Of a stretch of 64,000 nt of DNA, positions 49,320 through 61,308 are shown one piece after another. This stretch comes from Sphyrna mokarran (taxonomy: Eukaryota). Position 1 is the stretch's first letter. Each line of letters starts with the position of its first letter. A model generated the notes under the pieces. That model searched no databases and was not told the origin of the DNA. It saw nothing but the letters and a program-made list of their open reading frames with translations. Where the stretch lies: the NCBI GenBank assembly GCA_024679065.1, contig JAGIQG010000012.1:23498001-23562000 (forward strand). The letters are read 5' to 3'. Position numbers and translations under genes: made by a program.

Positions 49320-50385
49320 ACATGGGAGATGGAATACAGTCAGGGAACCCTAGACCAATTTAGTTTAATATCAATGATAGGAAGGACAATGGAGTCCTTA
49401 TTCAAATGCAACAAAAGCACATATGGAAATTAAAAATTTAATGGAAAGCAGTTGATACAGATTTCATAAAGGAAGATCCTGCTTGACCAGGTGAAATTTT
49501 TGAAGCAACAGAATGGATAGTACAAGATAATGCAGTAGATGTAATATCTTTGGTTTTTAAAATATTTGTTAATAGTATACTCATGACTAAGGTTGGGGAC
49601 AAGTAGTGGAAAGGATGGTGATAAAACAAAACTGAATTGGAGTTTGTTACCCAGTGGCTGTTTAATTGATAAATGAATTTCTGTATTGTTTATAGTAAGG
49701 TCATAAGTATTGGCAGGAAGCATGAGGCTAGGAAAATAAGCGTACAGGAACAGAGAGATTTGGAGTCACAGATTCAAATGTCACTTAAAAGGATGGTTAA
49801 TAAGGCCATAGAAGTAGTAAACAAAACATTGGTGTTCATTTTATAGAGAGCAAAAATTGAAAAGCAGAAAAGTTGTATAAAACATGTATAGCACCTTGGT
49901 TAGACTGTAGTAATGTGGACTCTAACCATATTATAACAAGGATGTAGAGGCAATAGAGAAAGTGAGAAAAGATTTTAGAAACTGACAGGTAATGGTCTCG
50001 GACTCTTTTGTCTGGGAAAAATGTAGAGTGGTCGCTTGGTGGAGACCTTTTAAGGTTATGATAGGGTTTGATGGGATAAATATAGAGGTGATGTTTCTGC
50101 TAGCAGGGGACACCAGAATGAAATGTCAAAATATAAGATTGTTGCTAATAAATCTAATGTTGAATTCAGGAGAAACGTTATCCAGCAAGTGGCTGGAATG
50201 AGGATCACACTACCACAAGGAGTAAAAATGTGTTTTAAAGAGAAGCTGGATAAATGAGTATGAAATGAACAAAGGATTTGTTGATGATACTAAAGTAGGT
50301 TAGCAAGTGCCTTATGTGGAGCATAAACATCGCCGTAAACGTGCAAGGCCAAATGCAATGTTTGTGTGCTTTAAATACAATGCAT
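49320..50385 (+). mobile_element. Decayed CR1 LINE (RT remnants and 3' UTR)
   Basis: cagggaaccctagaccaatttagtttaatatc resembles PGNYRPISL; ggaagatcctgcttgacc resembles GRSCLT; tail ggccaaatgcaatgtttgtgtgct. Confidence 0.65.
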
Positions 50386-51269
50386 TATGATATTGTGTAA
50401 AAATGGGCATTCTGTCCAACAAATCTATGCTGTAATTATCTTTTACCCCTCAGCATATGTTCTGTACTGTGTTTTTCTAGTTTTGAAAACATTTAAACTA
50501 GTCTAGTGCCTTTTCAAAATAATGATGGTTCCCATTTTCAGATTTGACCATACTTAATCTAGTCATTTTCCATAGCACTGTTGCTTTGAACTGTACTGTT
50601 ACAATTTGATAAGATGTTGAGATTCTAGGAGTTTGGTTAAGATGCATTCAAGAATGTTTCAGGATGTCTTTTCACTCTAACTATGATTTTCTTCTTATTG
50701 ATATGCTATGTATAAGGAAATGAAAATAATGCTTAATTTCTCCTCCTAAATTGTATTTTAAATTATCTGAACATATGGGACAAATATTTCCATGTTTGTC
50801 ATTTTTTCTCACTGTTTTAAATGCATGCTGTTCTAACCCTCGAAACAAAGTGGCTTGTAAGAAATTATGAAGGCACCACGTTGTAGGAAGTACAATTTGC
50901 TCCTTAACTAATTGAATATCTCCTGTACTGTAAAATCTTCTCAAAGCAAGATTTTGACCACAAAGTAAGATGGGTTCTTTATTCAGAGTGATGTACTCAG
51001 TGGGTCACATCCTTAAACTAAAATGAATTCCTCTTATCGATTAAAATTTTGACAACAATCCATTCTTTTATGTTTGCCAATAGTTGTCTTTTTTTTTAAA
51101 AAAATCAAAGCAATGACTTGGCTATTCACTTCAAGCTTCCAGTTACAACCCTGGAGCACAGTCACCCTTTAGCATTATTGGTGACCCTACTTGCAGTTTG
51201 CCTGATAGCAGAGTTGCACGTTCAGGTGGTATTGTCTTTTATCTGTTAATTTCTAATTATTTTTGCAAG

Positions 51270-51478
51270 TTACAATATGACATGACTGTTGATCCTTTTC
51301 AACTTCTGCATCATCTTTGGCACCATTAACCATCCCATTCTTCTACAGTCTGGTTTTCTTTTTTGTACCGGAATGTTCAAACAGTTTTTCCTTAATGATT
51401 GCATGATCCTCTGCGATCTGCTATAGAGCTCTGTCCTTGATCTTTTCTTTCTTATTTTTCATCTACATGGCGCCCTTT
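51270..51478 (+). mobile_element. L2 RT fragment
   Basis: tttggcaccattaaccatcccattctt resembles FDTVDHPIL; tctgtccttgatctt...ttcatctacatggcgccc resembles SVLGPLLFLIYM.P. Confidence 0.5.
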
Positions 51479-51486
51479 AAATATAT

Positions 51487-51560
51487 CAAAGAACAAACAA
51501 AGAGCAACACAGCACGGGAAACAGGCCCTTCAGCTCAACGAGCCCACGCCACTGTCCTAA
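51487..51560 (-). mobile_element. ~74-bp tail-only retroposon, copy 2
   Basis: Differs from 13503-13572 by 4 transitions (3 at CpG) and 4 extra tail bases; same gtcctaa boundary. Confidence 0.8.
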
Positions 51561-52442
51561 CGTCTTAATGACATGAAAGCTGACCACATTTTGTGTGTCA
51601 TTACAAATTGGCTCTTCAGTCATGTTCACCCTGTAAAATTTTGTATGCACAGACAACTGAAACTCTAATGTATCAAATTTAACATTTCTTTGATTATTTG
51701 ATACAAAGGACCGGGAGTAAGTGGGAAGGTTCTCTGTATGTAACCCAGAATGTGTTTCTTTTTATCTCTGCCATGTCTATGTATTGCAAATTCTTGATGT
51801 TTATTAGTCACAAAGGCGTGCTGATTTTATTCAACAACAACCAACTCTAATGCACGTAGCTGGATAATTCAAAGTTAGTATTTCCCCAGCATCTGTGTAG
51901 AGTTAAACTTCATGCTAATTTGGTCATAAGCTCATTGTGTATTGTGACACATTTAGAGGACAGACATAAAAGAATAGCTTTTCAATTGTCTTCATACACA
52001 GATGGCAGGATAAAAATCTACTCTGGAAGAATTTGTTTTGCAAACATTGTGATCACTTCAGTATTTATTCTTGGTTGTTCTCCTTCCATCCATTATATCT
52101 TCAAGATTGTTATTTTTCAATGTCTTCACTGTTTTCCTCATGCAATTTTATAATGCATCCACTAGGTAGAAGTACCATTGGAAAGGCCAACATTTATTTC
52201 CTATCCCTAATTGCTTTTGAGAAGCTTGTAAACTGCCATCTTAAATCCGTGTAATCAGTATGGTGTAGAATCTTCCATATCATCGTTTGTAAGGAGTTCC
52301 AGGATTTTGGGCTAGAAATCTTGAAAATACAGTGATTCATATTTCTAAATCAATATGATGTGCTACTTAAAGGTGGTATTTCCATCTGCCATCTATTTCT
52401 TGATAGGTGGTAAGAGGGTGGGCTTGAGAGGCTTATCTGACC

Positions 52443-52810
52443 ACAATTTACATTTATATAACACTTTAAACATTGTAACATGTTTCTCAGGAACGTTATC
52501 AGACAAAATTTGACATGTAGTCACGTAAGAGGGTGTTGGGGCAGATGAACAAAAGTTGGGTCACAGGTTTGAAAGATATCCTTAAGAAGGGGGAAAAACA
52601 GGGGGTATTTAGGGAAGGAATTCCAGAGTTTGGTGGGGAAGTGGGACATTGGCCGATGAAGGCACGATCACTAATCTTGTAGCAATTAAAATCAGGATGC
52701 TCAAGAGGTTTGATTTGGAGGATAAAAGGCATGAGTGTTGGAGGTTATACCAAAAAAGGGTGGGACCATGAAGGGATTTGAAAAATTCTAATGCCTTTGT
52801 AAACAAATCT
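52443..52810 (-). mobile_element. L2 LINE 3' end, antisense
   Basis: acaatttacatttatataacactttaaac...atcagacaaaatttgaca...gatgaacaaaagttgg...tttagggaaggaattccagagtt. Confidence 0.75.
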
Positions 52811-52899
52811 TCACTTTGGAGAAACACATCAGTCCTTGGGAGTTTCCTAGGCAAGGAATGTGCAGTGCTTTATGCAATTCAGCATTTTTTAATTATTTG

Positions 52900-53659
52900 G
52901 ACCATGAATTGATCTGGCGCACCTCTGCGAAAGGAAAACTGGGTAAATGGATTACGTGACCTTGAAGCAATGACTATATTAGAGAAGTGTCCCAGGTAGG
53001 GGATAGAGAGAGCTCCCAGTTAAGAAGAAAGAGGATAGCAAGAGGATTTTGAAGCAGAAAAAGTTGCAGTAGGCAGATCTTGAGTGAAGAGGGTTCTGTT
53101 GCCTTTGAGATCCAAGAAGGCTGCTAAATGTTAGTGATTCTGTCTTGTGGACTGTTGGGTTGAAGGTAACCCTTTGGAGCTGTGGTATTCTGTTTGGTGT
53201 GGCCAGTGAGCTGACGTTGTGCCTGCTTGAGTGCATATTTAGGAATCCAGTGGAATAGAGTCTTGAGATGAGATTGAAACTCTGCAAGATGGGCTATCAA
53301 CATTAAGAGTTGGGAGCATTCCAATGCAAGATCTTTGAAGGTGAAGGCTGCAATCTTTTGTGAAAGAGTTTTAATAAGATTGGTTTACTGAGTTCTTCAG
53401 AAATCTGTGGAATCTGCCTTGGTCATTTGTTGTGCATTGTGATATGTTTGACCACAGTCTGCATGTTAATCATGTACCTTATTAAGCGTGAATGTAAAGT
53501 ATAAGATCGATATTGTAAATTTTTTATTGTTTTGACATTGTATAGTAAAGTTTACTTAGTTTGTTCAAAGCCCTTGGAATCCTGGGACTTTAGCAAGCAT
53601 CTTGGATCTCAAACTTGATCTACTTTAACAAAATATTGATCCCTAATAGGATTGTAACA
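52900..53659 (+). mobile_element. Probable solo LTR (Gypsy/ERV-like); 5' boundary uncertain
   Basis: Ends in ...ggattgTAACA, preceded by an agtaaa poly(A)-like motif and a T-rich U5-like tract. I did not identify a TG start or TSD. Confidence 0.35.
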
Positions 53660-54009
53660 AAGGCTCAGCATCCAAGTACTAACCAAGGTTTGTTGCAAGT
53701 TAAACATAACTCCTCTCAATTATATCTCTTGAAAAACACACTGTTTATTTGCTTTAGTTAGCAGTATCGCTATTATGTGATTTGTATAATTGTCTCTTTG
53801 CTGCTCTATCCTACATAGATATTCTTATTTTCGAGCAATATCCAATCTCATTGTTCACTTAAGCATCAAGGATGTACTAAATATCATTTAAGCAATTAAT
53901 ATAGAAAGGTTCTCTTTAAAGGACTTGCAAACAAACTATAATTTGTTTTCTTACAGTGAGTATAGATATGTCTATATAGTTTATTGAAAATGCTGTCTTT
54001 GTTTTTCAG

Positions 54010-54098
54010 CCTCCATTGGTATGCGATGGATGATTGGAGTGACAGAAATAGAAAAAGGCTCCAGCTATGGTGACAGTGGTATCAACCAAAAAAAATAA
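54010..54098 (+). CDS. AGPAT4: AGPAT4 terminal coding exon, 89 bp to the stop codon
   Basis: Acceptor gtctttgtttttcag|CC. Encodes (A)SIGMRWMIGVTEIEKGSSYGDSGINQKK followed by TAA at 54096-54098. Phase matches the preceding exon. Confidence 0.94.
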
Positions 54099-55003
54099 TT
54101 TCCATGGTGACTGCAATTGCCTTAATGAGAGTAAATGTGCATTTTTGAAGAGTTGTGGCAAATTCTGGGGTCAGTGGGATGATGAATCTAAATTGCTGTT
54201 TCCTTAGTGTACAGATCACCGTGTAGAGTCACATCTTAATCTGCGCAAAAGGGTAAAGTGAATTGGTATCCTTTTGTGATTATATGTGGCGTGTGAAGCT
54301 ATTCACACAGTAATAAGAAATGGTGAAATTGGATATTGTCAGAATGCCATGACAGTAGTGTCACTTACAGATCTGACATATTATGGCTTTCAATATTATA
54401 TGACATTTCAATCTAAATGGAAATTACTTTTTTAAAAGAAAATCTATTGTAACAGAAGAATTCAGCCTTTTTCTAATAAGATAAAATTATGCTTCTAACT
54501 TATTCAAATGCATTTGTACTTTACTGAATCTGAATCATTCTGAAGCGCTACATGAATCAAAATTGTATCTTTTGTCACTTAAGTGTTGAAACATTTGGTA
54601 TGTGTCCCATTCCTGATATAGGATGGTGCATTGATCTGCAAAGTAGGTGGATCTGGTGTTGTAGACTGATGCTGTATCACAGAGTCAAAGATAACAAATT
54701 TGTATCAGAGTTCTTCAAGACTTCAGGGGGTCACCTTATGGTCTGCTCTGAAAATGAATGGAGGTGTGACACTTCCCCATGGGCTGGGAAGACCGTCAGG
54801 CCTTGCACTCCAAGCTATTCTGCAGTATCTCCCAGTGTCATTTTGACGCTATTAATCGGGAGTGGGTTGTTTTCTGGCCATCTTAGAGAATGGTGTGACT
54901 CAAAAGGAGTCACATATATGGGCATGAGGAACTGTAAAGTAATTAGTGCATCTGTTGTAAAGGACCTCATTTACCCAGAGTATGCATTTTGCAGGTGATT
55001 TTT

Positions 55004-55009
55004 AATAAA
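55004..55009 (+). promoter_or_regulatory. Candidate polyadenylation signal for AGPAT4; alternatives at 56357 and 56394
   Basis: First AATAAA I found downstream of the stop, in AU-rich and repeat-poor sequence. Usage cannot be established from sequence alone. Confidence 0.3.
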
Positions 55010-57401
55010 TTAATTTTGAGAGAACATAAATACTCATTAAGTGGAAAAAGTGTTATTTTCATTTCTCAGTGCTTTAGTCTTCTTGGTAGTGTAAAACAAA
55101 CTTCTGTGAAAGGATCTGTGGACTGCTCCTAAATATCTCTCATCTGTTTTTGTAATCTTGAGAACCAGTGTTGCCCTGTAACTTAACAGTATAAAGTTAT
55201 TGTGACCTGTACAATAACTCATCTCAGGATTTCTGTCAACATACCAAGATATTGTCATGGTGTCCATCAGATCACTAGACTCTGGAATACCATACTGAGA
55301 ATGTAGTGAAACATAACAGAATGGATTGGGAGAATTGAATGAAATTCTTGCAATTTCTTGGAAATGTTACTACAAAATAGTAATTTTCTTCATCTGAGTT
55401 TTGTGGGACTTTATTTCTGAGGTGTTGCCAGAATAATATCCACATTAATTGAACAATAATGACAACATTGTCTAATTCTTTGCTACTCTTCTGGTGAAAA
55501 AGAAAGTGGATTTTCTTATTTTGCTCTAGTCTCACACCTTGGTAGTCTGCCCTTCCATTGTCCAGGAAATATATCTTCAAATATCTCCCCTAACTTTTTC
55601 AGATTTTCAGAGATTGGTTGACAGTAAAATGGGAATACATCCCTTATGTCAGTGATTTGTTATCCTTTGGCATGTATGTATCTGAAACTGGAGATGACCT
55701 CTGAAATGAATATTCTAATTTCAGCTGCATTTGTAGGTATCAATCTTGTTGGTTTATTTGTTTAAATTTGTCCCTTCTTATCTCTCCCCTGTCCGACAAA
55801 TATTGCCATAAGCTAAACTAAGTGCGAGCAAACAATCTGGAGTAGATTTGAGATCCATTTTCTATTCATCACCCTTCTAGACTGCTCAGGATCACTTTAT
55901 TGGTGTTCTTTTGTTCATTTTTCAATGAATGCAACTACTCTATCAGTCAAATTGACAAAAAAAATCTCTGCAGCTTTAAGCATGACATTTTAAGATTTAA
56001 TGATTGCAAAGTATACAATATAATGTGCTTAAATTGTCCCTTCACTGACATGATTTTTGCTTTTGTCTTTATTCGGTGTGTATATTGCATTTTACCTGCT
56101 GGGAATCAGAATGAAAAGAACTACTGTGCAAGGTGGTAGATTTTTAAAATGATGAGGGTATCACAATTAGATGTTTTTCACTGCAATGATGCAACTGGAA
56201 GAGTTTCCAGAGTTGATACATTCATGTTTTTGAGGATTGACTGTTCCTGCCTTTTTAGGCCGAATTTAACACACAGATCAGACTGAAATCTAAAAAGTAT
56301 GAAGTTGTAGGCTGACTTTGATGATGGCAATTGTTGTTTCTTTATCTGATCTTTTAAATAAAGTACAATCCAACAAAATGAAAAACACAAAGTAATAAAA
56401 ATGGTAGCTTCAGCATCATCAATGTCCTAATTGTCCTTGGCACCGATGAATGCATTTGATATTCCACATTTTAGAAATGGTTTTTTGACAGTATTGGAAC
56501 TAAGTTCATTCCCTGATTCTATAACCCATTAATACAATGTTGCTAATGAGTGTTCTTGCACATTTGTTAATGTTCTTAACTTCCTGAACATTTCCTGAAT
56601 TATATTTTGATTCTGAAAGTTTTGGGTTATCATCCCTGAAAAATTATAGTCAACTTTTGAGGTATATTGTATCTTTAAAAAGTTACAAACTATTAAATCG
56701 TAAGTTATGACCATGTATGGTATTTGTAACCCATTAGGTTCTCAAACCTTTGGGCTAAGTTTTGTTTTCTTCTCCACTGGAAAAATGGTTAGTCTTTGAC
56801 CAAATGAAGCAATACCTCAGGAAAGTGGGAATTAAGATGACCAAACTGTAGATATATTTTAAGTAGTCACATTAATCAGTGTAAAATTAGTTTAGTTTTG
56901 TCTCATTTTGTAAACATTATCCTTCTCACAGCATTCTGCCATTCAGTACAAATTTGGAAAAGTATAATTTGAATATTCTAATTTCTCCATGTATTTTCTG
57001 GTCATCAGCTATGTTGAAATCACTTTGCAGATATTCTGATAGTTGCAAAAGACATTCCATACAGTTAGAGTGCATTAGGGGTTGATGTTTCTCTGCAATT
57101 GTGGTTTTTGAAGTTAAATCATGTAAAATGTAAATGACTGAGTGAATTTGGAATTATGACTGAATCCAAATTTTAAAATAGGATCAGTGTGCAGTTGCCA
57201 TTCAAAGATCTGTCAGCATAAATCAGCTGCAAAACTATCACCTTGAAAAACCATCAGATGTTAGTGTTTTGCTTTAAATAGTGTCATATGTCATTTAATA
57301 GCACTAGTTTGTAATCTTGCTAATTGTACAGAATATCAGTAATTTTGTGTTGATGGTTAGGTTTTTGCATATTTCGCCCTGCTGTTTCTCAACAAGGATT
57401 C

Positions 57402-57975
57402 TTCTCAATCACTTCCTCCTTATGGTCAAAGGGTTCCTTCCAGAGTCACATTCTGGTTTTTGCCTATGAGAGGGGCAATACAGGCATGATCTTCACTGTA
57501 TGATAAATTCAAGAAAAATGCAACAAACTGCACCAAGCGCTGAATATACCCTTTTTTGACTTCAAAATCTTTTGACTTTTTCAACCATAAAAGCTTATGG
57601 AGTAGCCTCAAATTTGGCTGTTGTCAGACATTTCTCACCATTCTCTATCCACCCCATAATTATGAGTAAGCAATTGATCATACACCCTATTTCCATGAAG
57701 ACTGGGTGAAACAAGGCTCTGTCAGGATTCTTGGATAACCTACAACAGATACCCCAAAGCTCTTTAGAAATACCACCAACAGTGCCTTTCCTAGATCCTC
57801 TAAATTCAGTGGCAAGAAAGGCAATCCAAAAATAGCATCCCCTCCCAAATACCCAGCATTAGAGCAACTAATTGCTAAAACTCAACTCTGCTGGGTGGAA
57901 CATGTCTGACAACAAACTACCAAAGCAACTATTCTCAGTTGTGCAGAAGTCTCCAGGATGACAGTGGAAAAGCCA
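57402..57975 (+). mobile_element. RTE-clade LINE remnant (RT region)
   Basis: cttccagagtcacattctggttttt resembles LPESQCGF; atgatcttcact...attcaagaaaaatgc gives MIFT..IQEKC; ttttttgac...tttgac resembles FFDL.KAFD; caactctgctgggtggaacatgtc resembles QLRWAGHV. Confidence 0.7.
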
Positions 57976-58740
57976 GTGCTGATTTTTATGGTGTGCATTG
58001 TACTTTGCCAAAAGGAAAACCAGTCACAAATTTAAAAAAAATCATGGTAATTTCACTAATCTATAGCTGCTGCATATCCTGATTGTTTTCATTCAATATT
58101 CATCACTGAGATACAAGATGATTATTAAAATCCTATTATCAATAGTTTGAGGTTAAAATTAAATAAGCACAATATTGATCATTAAGTTTGTGTTGGTGTT
58201 TTGCTTGTTTTTGTAAAACATCTGGAATTATATTCCAAATGAAATCCTGCTGAAGAGGATAGTTAGAGTTTTGTTTGCTTTTTTTTTACTGGCTTATCCA
58301 GCAGAAACAAAAATCCCTGAATTGTTAGTTTATTTTCTAATTGTCTTTGATCTTTGCTGTGAAATTAAAGGTGATGCCAAGATGCACACTTTACAAATAT
58401 ATCTATTATAATTTCATTCCTGTAACTACGCTGCAGCGAGCAGTTTTTGAAATGTTGACGAGCTCAGAATATGCTTTTTATAATTGAAATCAATATATTG
58501 GAAGTATGTATTCACCTGCAGCTTTAATGGGGGTTATTTGTGCAGCAAATTTTGAACAAATATCAGCAGCAAGTCTGCTTGCATTCAGCTACAAGATTTA
58601 TTATGGATTCTTAATGGTCAAATCAATATGCACCTGTGCCATCCAGTGTACTGAAATGGTAATACATCAACAACATTTAGCTCATGGCAAACCTTTCTCC
58701 TAAAGTAGAAATGGCTTACGTTATGTAATGTGTATACGTT

Positions 58741-58980
58741 CAAAGGGAAAGAACAGTACAACACAGGAAACAGCCCTTTGGCCCAACGAGCCCACGCTGC
58801 CATTTTAACATTGAGTGCCCTCCTCTACCTATGACCTTTACACCCATTGGGGAAGATTGATGGATAACTAATTTAGGGACAATTTGTTACACCAATCAGC
58901 CTAAGAGCATGTTTTTTGGGGTGTGGAAGGAAACTGGAGCAGCTGGAGAAAATCCATGTAATTATAGGGAGAATGTGAAA
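58741..58980 (-). mobile_element. 5'-truncated V-SINE carrying the same 3' tail as the 70-bp elements
   Basis: acacaggaaacagccctttggcccaacgagcccacgctgcc followed by the antisense V-domain gtgtggaaggaaactggagcagctggagaaatcc...gggagaatgtgaaa. Confidence 0.75.
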
Positions 58981-59555
58981 ATCTGAAGTTCAATTCATTT
59001 AATAATTAATTGTGAATTGAAAGGTTTCAGGAACAATAACTGAATAATTCAAATTGAAGATTAATGTAATCATCTTATAGTTGATGGTTTTAATGAATTG
59101 TGGAAATTCATTGTGCTGTGCTAATAAATAATAGTTAAGGAAGAGCATAGATTTGGAGAAGAGATGGTAGATCAATAGAACTTGTAGAATAGGATAAACA
59201 TTTTGGAAGTTATTGCTGTAAGGGCAGGATAGTGAGCCAATGAGGTTGATGAGGACTTTAGTCAGTAGGACAGGGTCATGGAGGTTTGATGAGTTATTTG
59301 TATAAGGTGGTGTGCAAAAAGTTAATGAGGTGAATTATCACTGCTGGAAATGACCATCGTACATGAAGTTGTCAGTATGTGGGTGTAGAGAGAGAGAAGA
59401 TGATGAGTAGGTAATGTGACACTGCCTTTGACTCTGCTCTTATCCTTTTTCTAGATGCATTCCCATCCTCAGAATTCCTAAGCTGTGTGTCTAGAATTAT
59501 GTAGAATAGTTTTGCCAATTTATATGTGGTAGTTAAGTGATCTATATTGAATGAA

Positions 59556-59750
59556 TAGTAGTTGTTACTACTGCCTCACAATACCAGGGACCTGGGTTAA
59601 GTCCAACCTTGATTCACTAATTGTGTGGAGTTGGAACTTTCTTTGTGTGTTGGGGGGGGGGGGGGGGGGGTGGGGGTTTCCTCCCACAGTCCAGAGATGT
59701 GCAGTTTAGATGGATTAGCCATGGTAAATGCAAGAGGATAGGGTGGGTTC
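59556..59750 (+). mobile_element. Degenerate V-SINE with a G19-T-G5 run in its V-domain
   Basis: actgcctcacaataccagggacctgggtt...tgtgtggagtt...(G)n gtttcctcccacagtccagagatgtgcag. Confidence 0.75.
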
Positions 59751-61044
59751 TAAAGGTGACAGAGTAAAAATCCTATATTAATAAAATAAACAGGAGACAT
59801 AATCAGTGATTTAATTTTGGTAAGGTAATTTGGTAATTTTGAAGTGTTTCCAGCAACATATTTCATGGATGTTATTTATTCACACCCACTGATTTTGTGC
59901 TAAGCCCATGTCAATTTCCTGCTACATGTTCTAGAGAATGCAATGAAAGACAATGGAACAGTTCATGTGTTGTTAGGGCTAGTGAAGGAAGCAGCTTTTT
60001 TCAATGTGAAATTAAAGTTCATATCAATTAAACCTAGATTGAAACAGGATTCCTTGAACATTGTTAATTTTAAAGTTATGTAGCCTGTTTGCTGATACAA
60101 ATGCAAGTCCAATTTCTTGTAGGTGAATTCTGAGCTGTTCAAAATCGATTGGAGAAGAATGCAGTTTACTCCCTGCCTACTATAATTTGGAACTTTCCAG
60201 CAAGTTTCCCAGGCTGTTAAAAGATAAATCTCAGTTGACACCTCAGTTGGACCCTTTAAGCTCCATTTTAGAAGAAAATAAATAAAAGTAATACTTCTAT
60301 GTCTTCACTGAATGTTACAAAAAATATCAAAATACAGCAATCTGAGAAGATTGCGCCTTTACCATAGCTAAATGGTATGGAAAAGAGGAATTCAAACTTC
60401 TGACCATACCATCCCTATAAACTTAAGTGTATCTGATTTAAGTTTATTAAAGGCAAATTTGGTATAGAAGACAGGTGTAGGGTCAACTTTAAAGGATCTT
60501 TGAAATTCAAAATCACATCATCACTCATTTGAAGAAAAAATGCTTGGTGCAAGCTTGTATTCAGGCAGTGATGAAAAGCCAATTTCTGATCTCTGAAATG
60601 CTTAAAAATTTCTAAGGACTTACTTTACCCATGGAATTTGAAAACTTTAACTCACCTCCTCTAGATCTTCTGGCTCTGCACTCTGGGAATTGAACTAAGC
60701 AATCTTATGGAGTTTCATCTACTGCAGTGAGGAATTTTAAAGTTTTTAGCTTTTAAGCTGTCCTTTGGAGATTTTCCCCAGTGTAGCTATGGGTAGCATG
60801 GTGGCAAAGTGATTAGCACTTATCCAGTGATTTTTTTTTGCTCCACGTTTGCTTCTTGAAGTTTTCTATGAATCGGAACGTTTTTTTCAAATTTTTCTCC
60901 TGTCTTGCAAGATTTTTTCCTCTGCATTTTTGAGTATTTTGCGGTTTTCCTTTCATGACCACCATGGTGTAGGGTGTCAGATATTGTGTATCTATGTGTG
61001 TATTGTGTATAAAGCCTCCTTAGTTTCAAAGTTTTAACTATCTA

Positions 61045-61308
61045 TTAACAGTGTAGAATGAGACCCATTGAGCCAGCACTGGATAATCCCACCCTAGTCT
61101 TATCCCCATAATCCTACATAATTTAGCATGACAAATTAACCTAACCTGTATGTCTTTGGACTGTGGGAGGAAACAAGAGCACCTGAAGGAAACCATGAAG
61201 GGAGAATGTGTAAACTCCACAGAGAAAATTCCACACAATTAGCTGGAATTGAACCCAGGTTCCTGGAGCTGTGGCAACAGTGCTAACCATTGTGCCATCA
61301 TGCTGCCC
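61045..61308 (-). mobile_element. HE1-type V-SINE, with an inverted copy of its head at 60791-60820
   Basis: Minus-strand head gggcagcatgatggcacaatggttagcactgttgccacagctccaggaacctgggttcaattcc; V-domain ctttggactgtgggaggaaac. Confidence 0.82.

Larger units (their letters stand above)
12939..54098 (+). other. AGPAT4: AGPAT4 gene span, 5'-partial; 7 coding exons, probably exons 3-9 by mammalian numbering
   Basis: Joined exons translate without interruption: (Q)LVWLLEWWSCTECTLYTDRKNYIQYGKENAIVILNHNYEIDFLCGW...FLIHCEGTRFTEKKHQISMQVA...RWMIGVTEIEKGSSYGDSGINQKK*. Residues YGKENAIV, ELAYVP, GWMWYF, FLIHCEG, ENPTLLG, KYHADL, VNWLFW and RWMIG match AGPAT4 rather than AGPAT3 (from recall). Introns of 10475, 1892, 1709, 5949, 1727 and 18455 bp are all GT-AG. 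Confidence 0.95.

Noticed and set aside
54552-54998. 148-aa ORF downstream of the AGPAT4 stop
   Set aside because: No recognisable domain, Cys/Trp-rich random-looking composition, and it lies in the presumed 3' UTR.
13503-58808. Recurrent ~70-bp unit considered as a CRISPR-like or ncRNA array
   Set aside because: The copies are dispersed over tens of kb in eukaryotic DNA and have LINE-tail structure; there is no repeat-spacer periodicity.
59652-59676. G19-T-G5 run (and the C-run at ~13389-13405) as functional G-quadruplexes
   Set aside because: Simple homopolymer expansions, one inside a SINE; lengths are unreliable in assemblies and nothing supports a function.
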